64,000 nt of DNA from Camelus ferus. Taxonomy: Eukaryota. A program made the translations under genes and the position numbers. Every line of letters begins with the position of its first letter. The first letter of the stretch is position 1. The notes under the pieces were generated by a model. It ran no database searches. It was not told where the DNA came from and saw only the letters and a list, made by a program, of their open reading frames with translations. Positions 62,804 to 64,000 of the stretch are shown one piece after another. The DNA is taken from NCBI RefSeq assembly GCF_009834535.1, contig NC_045696.1:80540001-80604000 (forward strand), in the 5' to 3' direction.

Positions 62804-64000
62804 AAAACGTCCTGCCTGCAAAAGTTCTTCCTAATTATCTGAAGTCTTTGTATCAATATCAGCCCAATTCGCTTGCTGGCTTATTCTTCCTGGTCTCTCC
62901 TCCTGTAACACTAGTAGGAGCACCTGGAGTTGCAGCTCTCCACACAAAATCCCTCCAACGGTAAACGGCGGCTTTGCAGGAAGGCAGAGACCAACGCTGA
63001 ACTTAACAGGCATGAGGACCTTGCAGATTGCTCAATACAGCTCAATGCAGATTTAGTCTCTTACCCCAATCAGCATAGGACAGAGGATACGGAGACCTCA
63101 TCCCAGATCCTTACAGTGTAGTTTTAACGGTATGACATGTATAGTACTTAACAGAAGAAATTATGAATTCATATTTTTGATGTCATGTCTTCCTAATTCT
63201 GGGAGGATGCTGATTTATACAAATGTCAATCCCAGCTAAGGTCCTACAACACACAACTTCCATATGGTGTGTGCCATTATTATCTCAAAGGTTGCTAAAA
63301 TACCTACATCAGAGCTTAAACAACAACCAAAAAAACACATCCAAAAAAAGAGGTCAGTGCGTTCTTCATCTCCTATATCCAAGCGTCAAGAGCTAGTCAA
63401 GTAAACACATTCCCAGGGCAGTCATGCGACACTCACCCCCAGGAGAACTCCCTGCAAAAGGCCGCCTTGGGCAGGAAGCTCCAGAACTTTTATGTGAACT
63501 GCCACCCTCAAACCAAGGAGCACAAGAAAGACGCCTGGGTGGCAGCAGGCAGAAAGCTATCATTAAAGTCAAAAGCATTTTGTACACATTGCCCTCAACC
63601 AAAGGCGCCAGTGTTTTCATCTGCTGCAATCCAAATGCTTCAGTATATTTAAATATTTACCTGAATCAACCTAGTGCTTGTTTCAAAGAAGCTACGATGA
63701 AGAGATGAGATAGCCTTCTTCACAATCTGAAATATATCATTTCCAAACAAATGAGAATGAGTATTTTCTACCGACATTGTCATACTGGTCAAACGGCTCC
63801 TCTCGCCTTCTTATGCACAGGGATGAGCATTCCACTGGACGTGGACACCTGGGCTCGCCTTTCCAAACCCCAAGATTCCATTTGCATGGCACTATTACAA
63901 AACAGCATTTTCACTTATCTTAAGTAAGTGGGGAAGGGTGCATTTTAAGCATAAAGTGTCATCTCATGTTAAAGAATGTCAAGTGGAAGTTCACAGAAAA

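Larger units (their letters stand above)
1..64000 (-). other. FNDC3B: Internal part of the FNDC3B transcription unit (intron 1 part, exon 2, intron 2, exon 3, intron 3 part); neither gene end is in the window
   Basis: Two minus-strand exons splice in frame to give the FNDC3B N-terminus. No CpG-island first exon and no further downstream coding exon were seen. Confidence 0.9.

Noticed and set aside
1..64000. Prokaryotic-type systems (CRISPR arrays, operons, defence islands), intact retroviral genes, or an intronic miRNA/snoRNA
   Set aside because: The sequence is mammalian intron. I saw no regular repeat-spacer array, long ORF or recognisable small-RNA gene, although a covariance-model search (Infernal/Rfam) would be needed to exclude the last.

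Overview
This window is AT-rich mammalian genomic DNA lying inside the FNDC3B gene on the minus strand. It holds two exons. The first coding exon (exon 2 in human numbering, 32099-32237) has 28 nt of 5'UTR plus MYVTMMMTDQIPLELPPLLNGEVAMMPHLVNGDAAQQ. The next exon (exon 3, 10019-10094) encodes VILVQVNPGETFTIRAEDGTLQCIQ-G. The rest is intron: part of intron 1, all of the 22-kb intron 2 and part of intron 3. The introns contain tRNA-derived SINEs resembling the camelid Vic-1 family (so a camel/alpaca-type genome is inferred), an ERV solo LTR, L1 3' ends, L2, MIR, MLT1, Tigger/MER DNA transposons and microsatellites. Apart from the one overlapping exon 2, the ORF-track ORFs look spurious. I found no convincing new multi-gene system. 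The best leads are a 44-codon overlapping out-of-frame ORF starting 4 nt before the FNDC3B ATG, a 76-aa junction-spanning ORF on the 215-nt exon2-exon3 circle, a frame-preserving internal 5' splice site in exon 3, a motif-dense candidate regulatory element at about 12.3-12.8 kb, and several clean nested or truncated retroposon insertions. Repeat family names come from recalled consensus sequences, and old-repeat boundaries are approximate.
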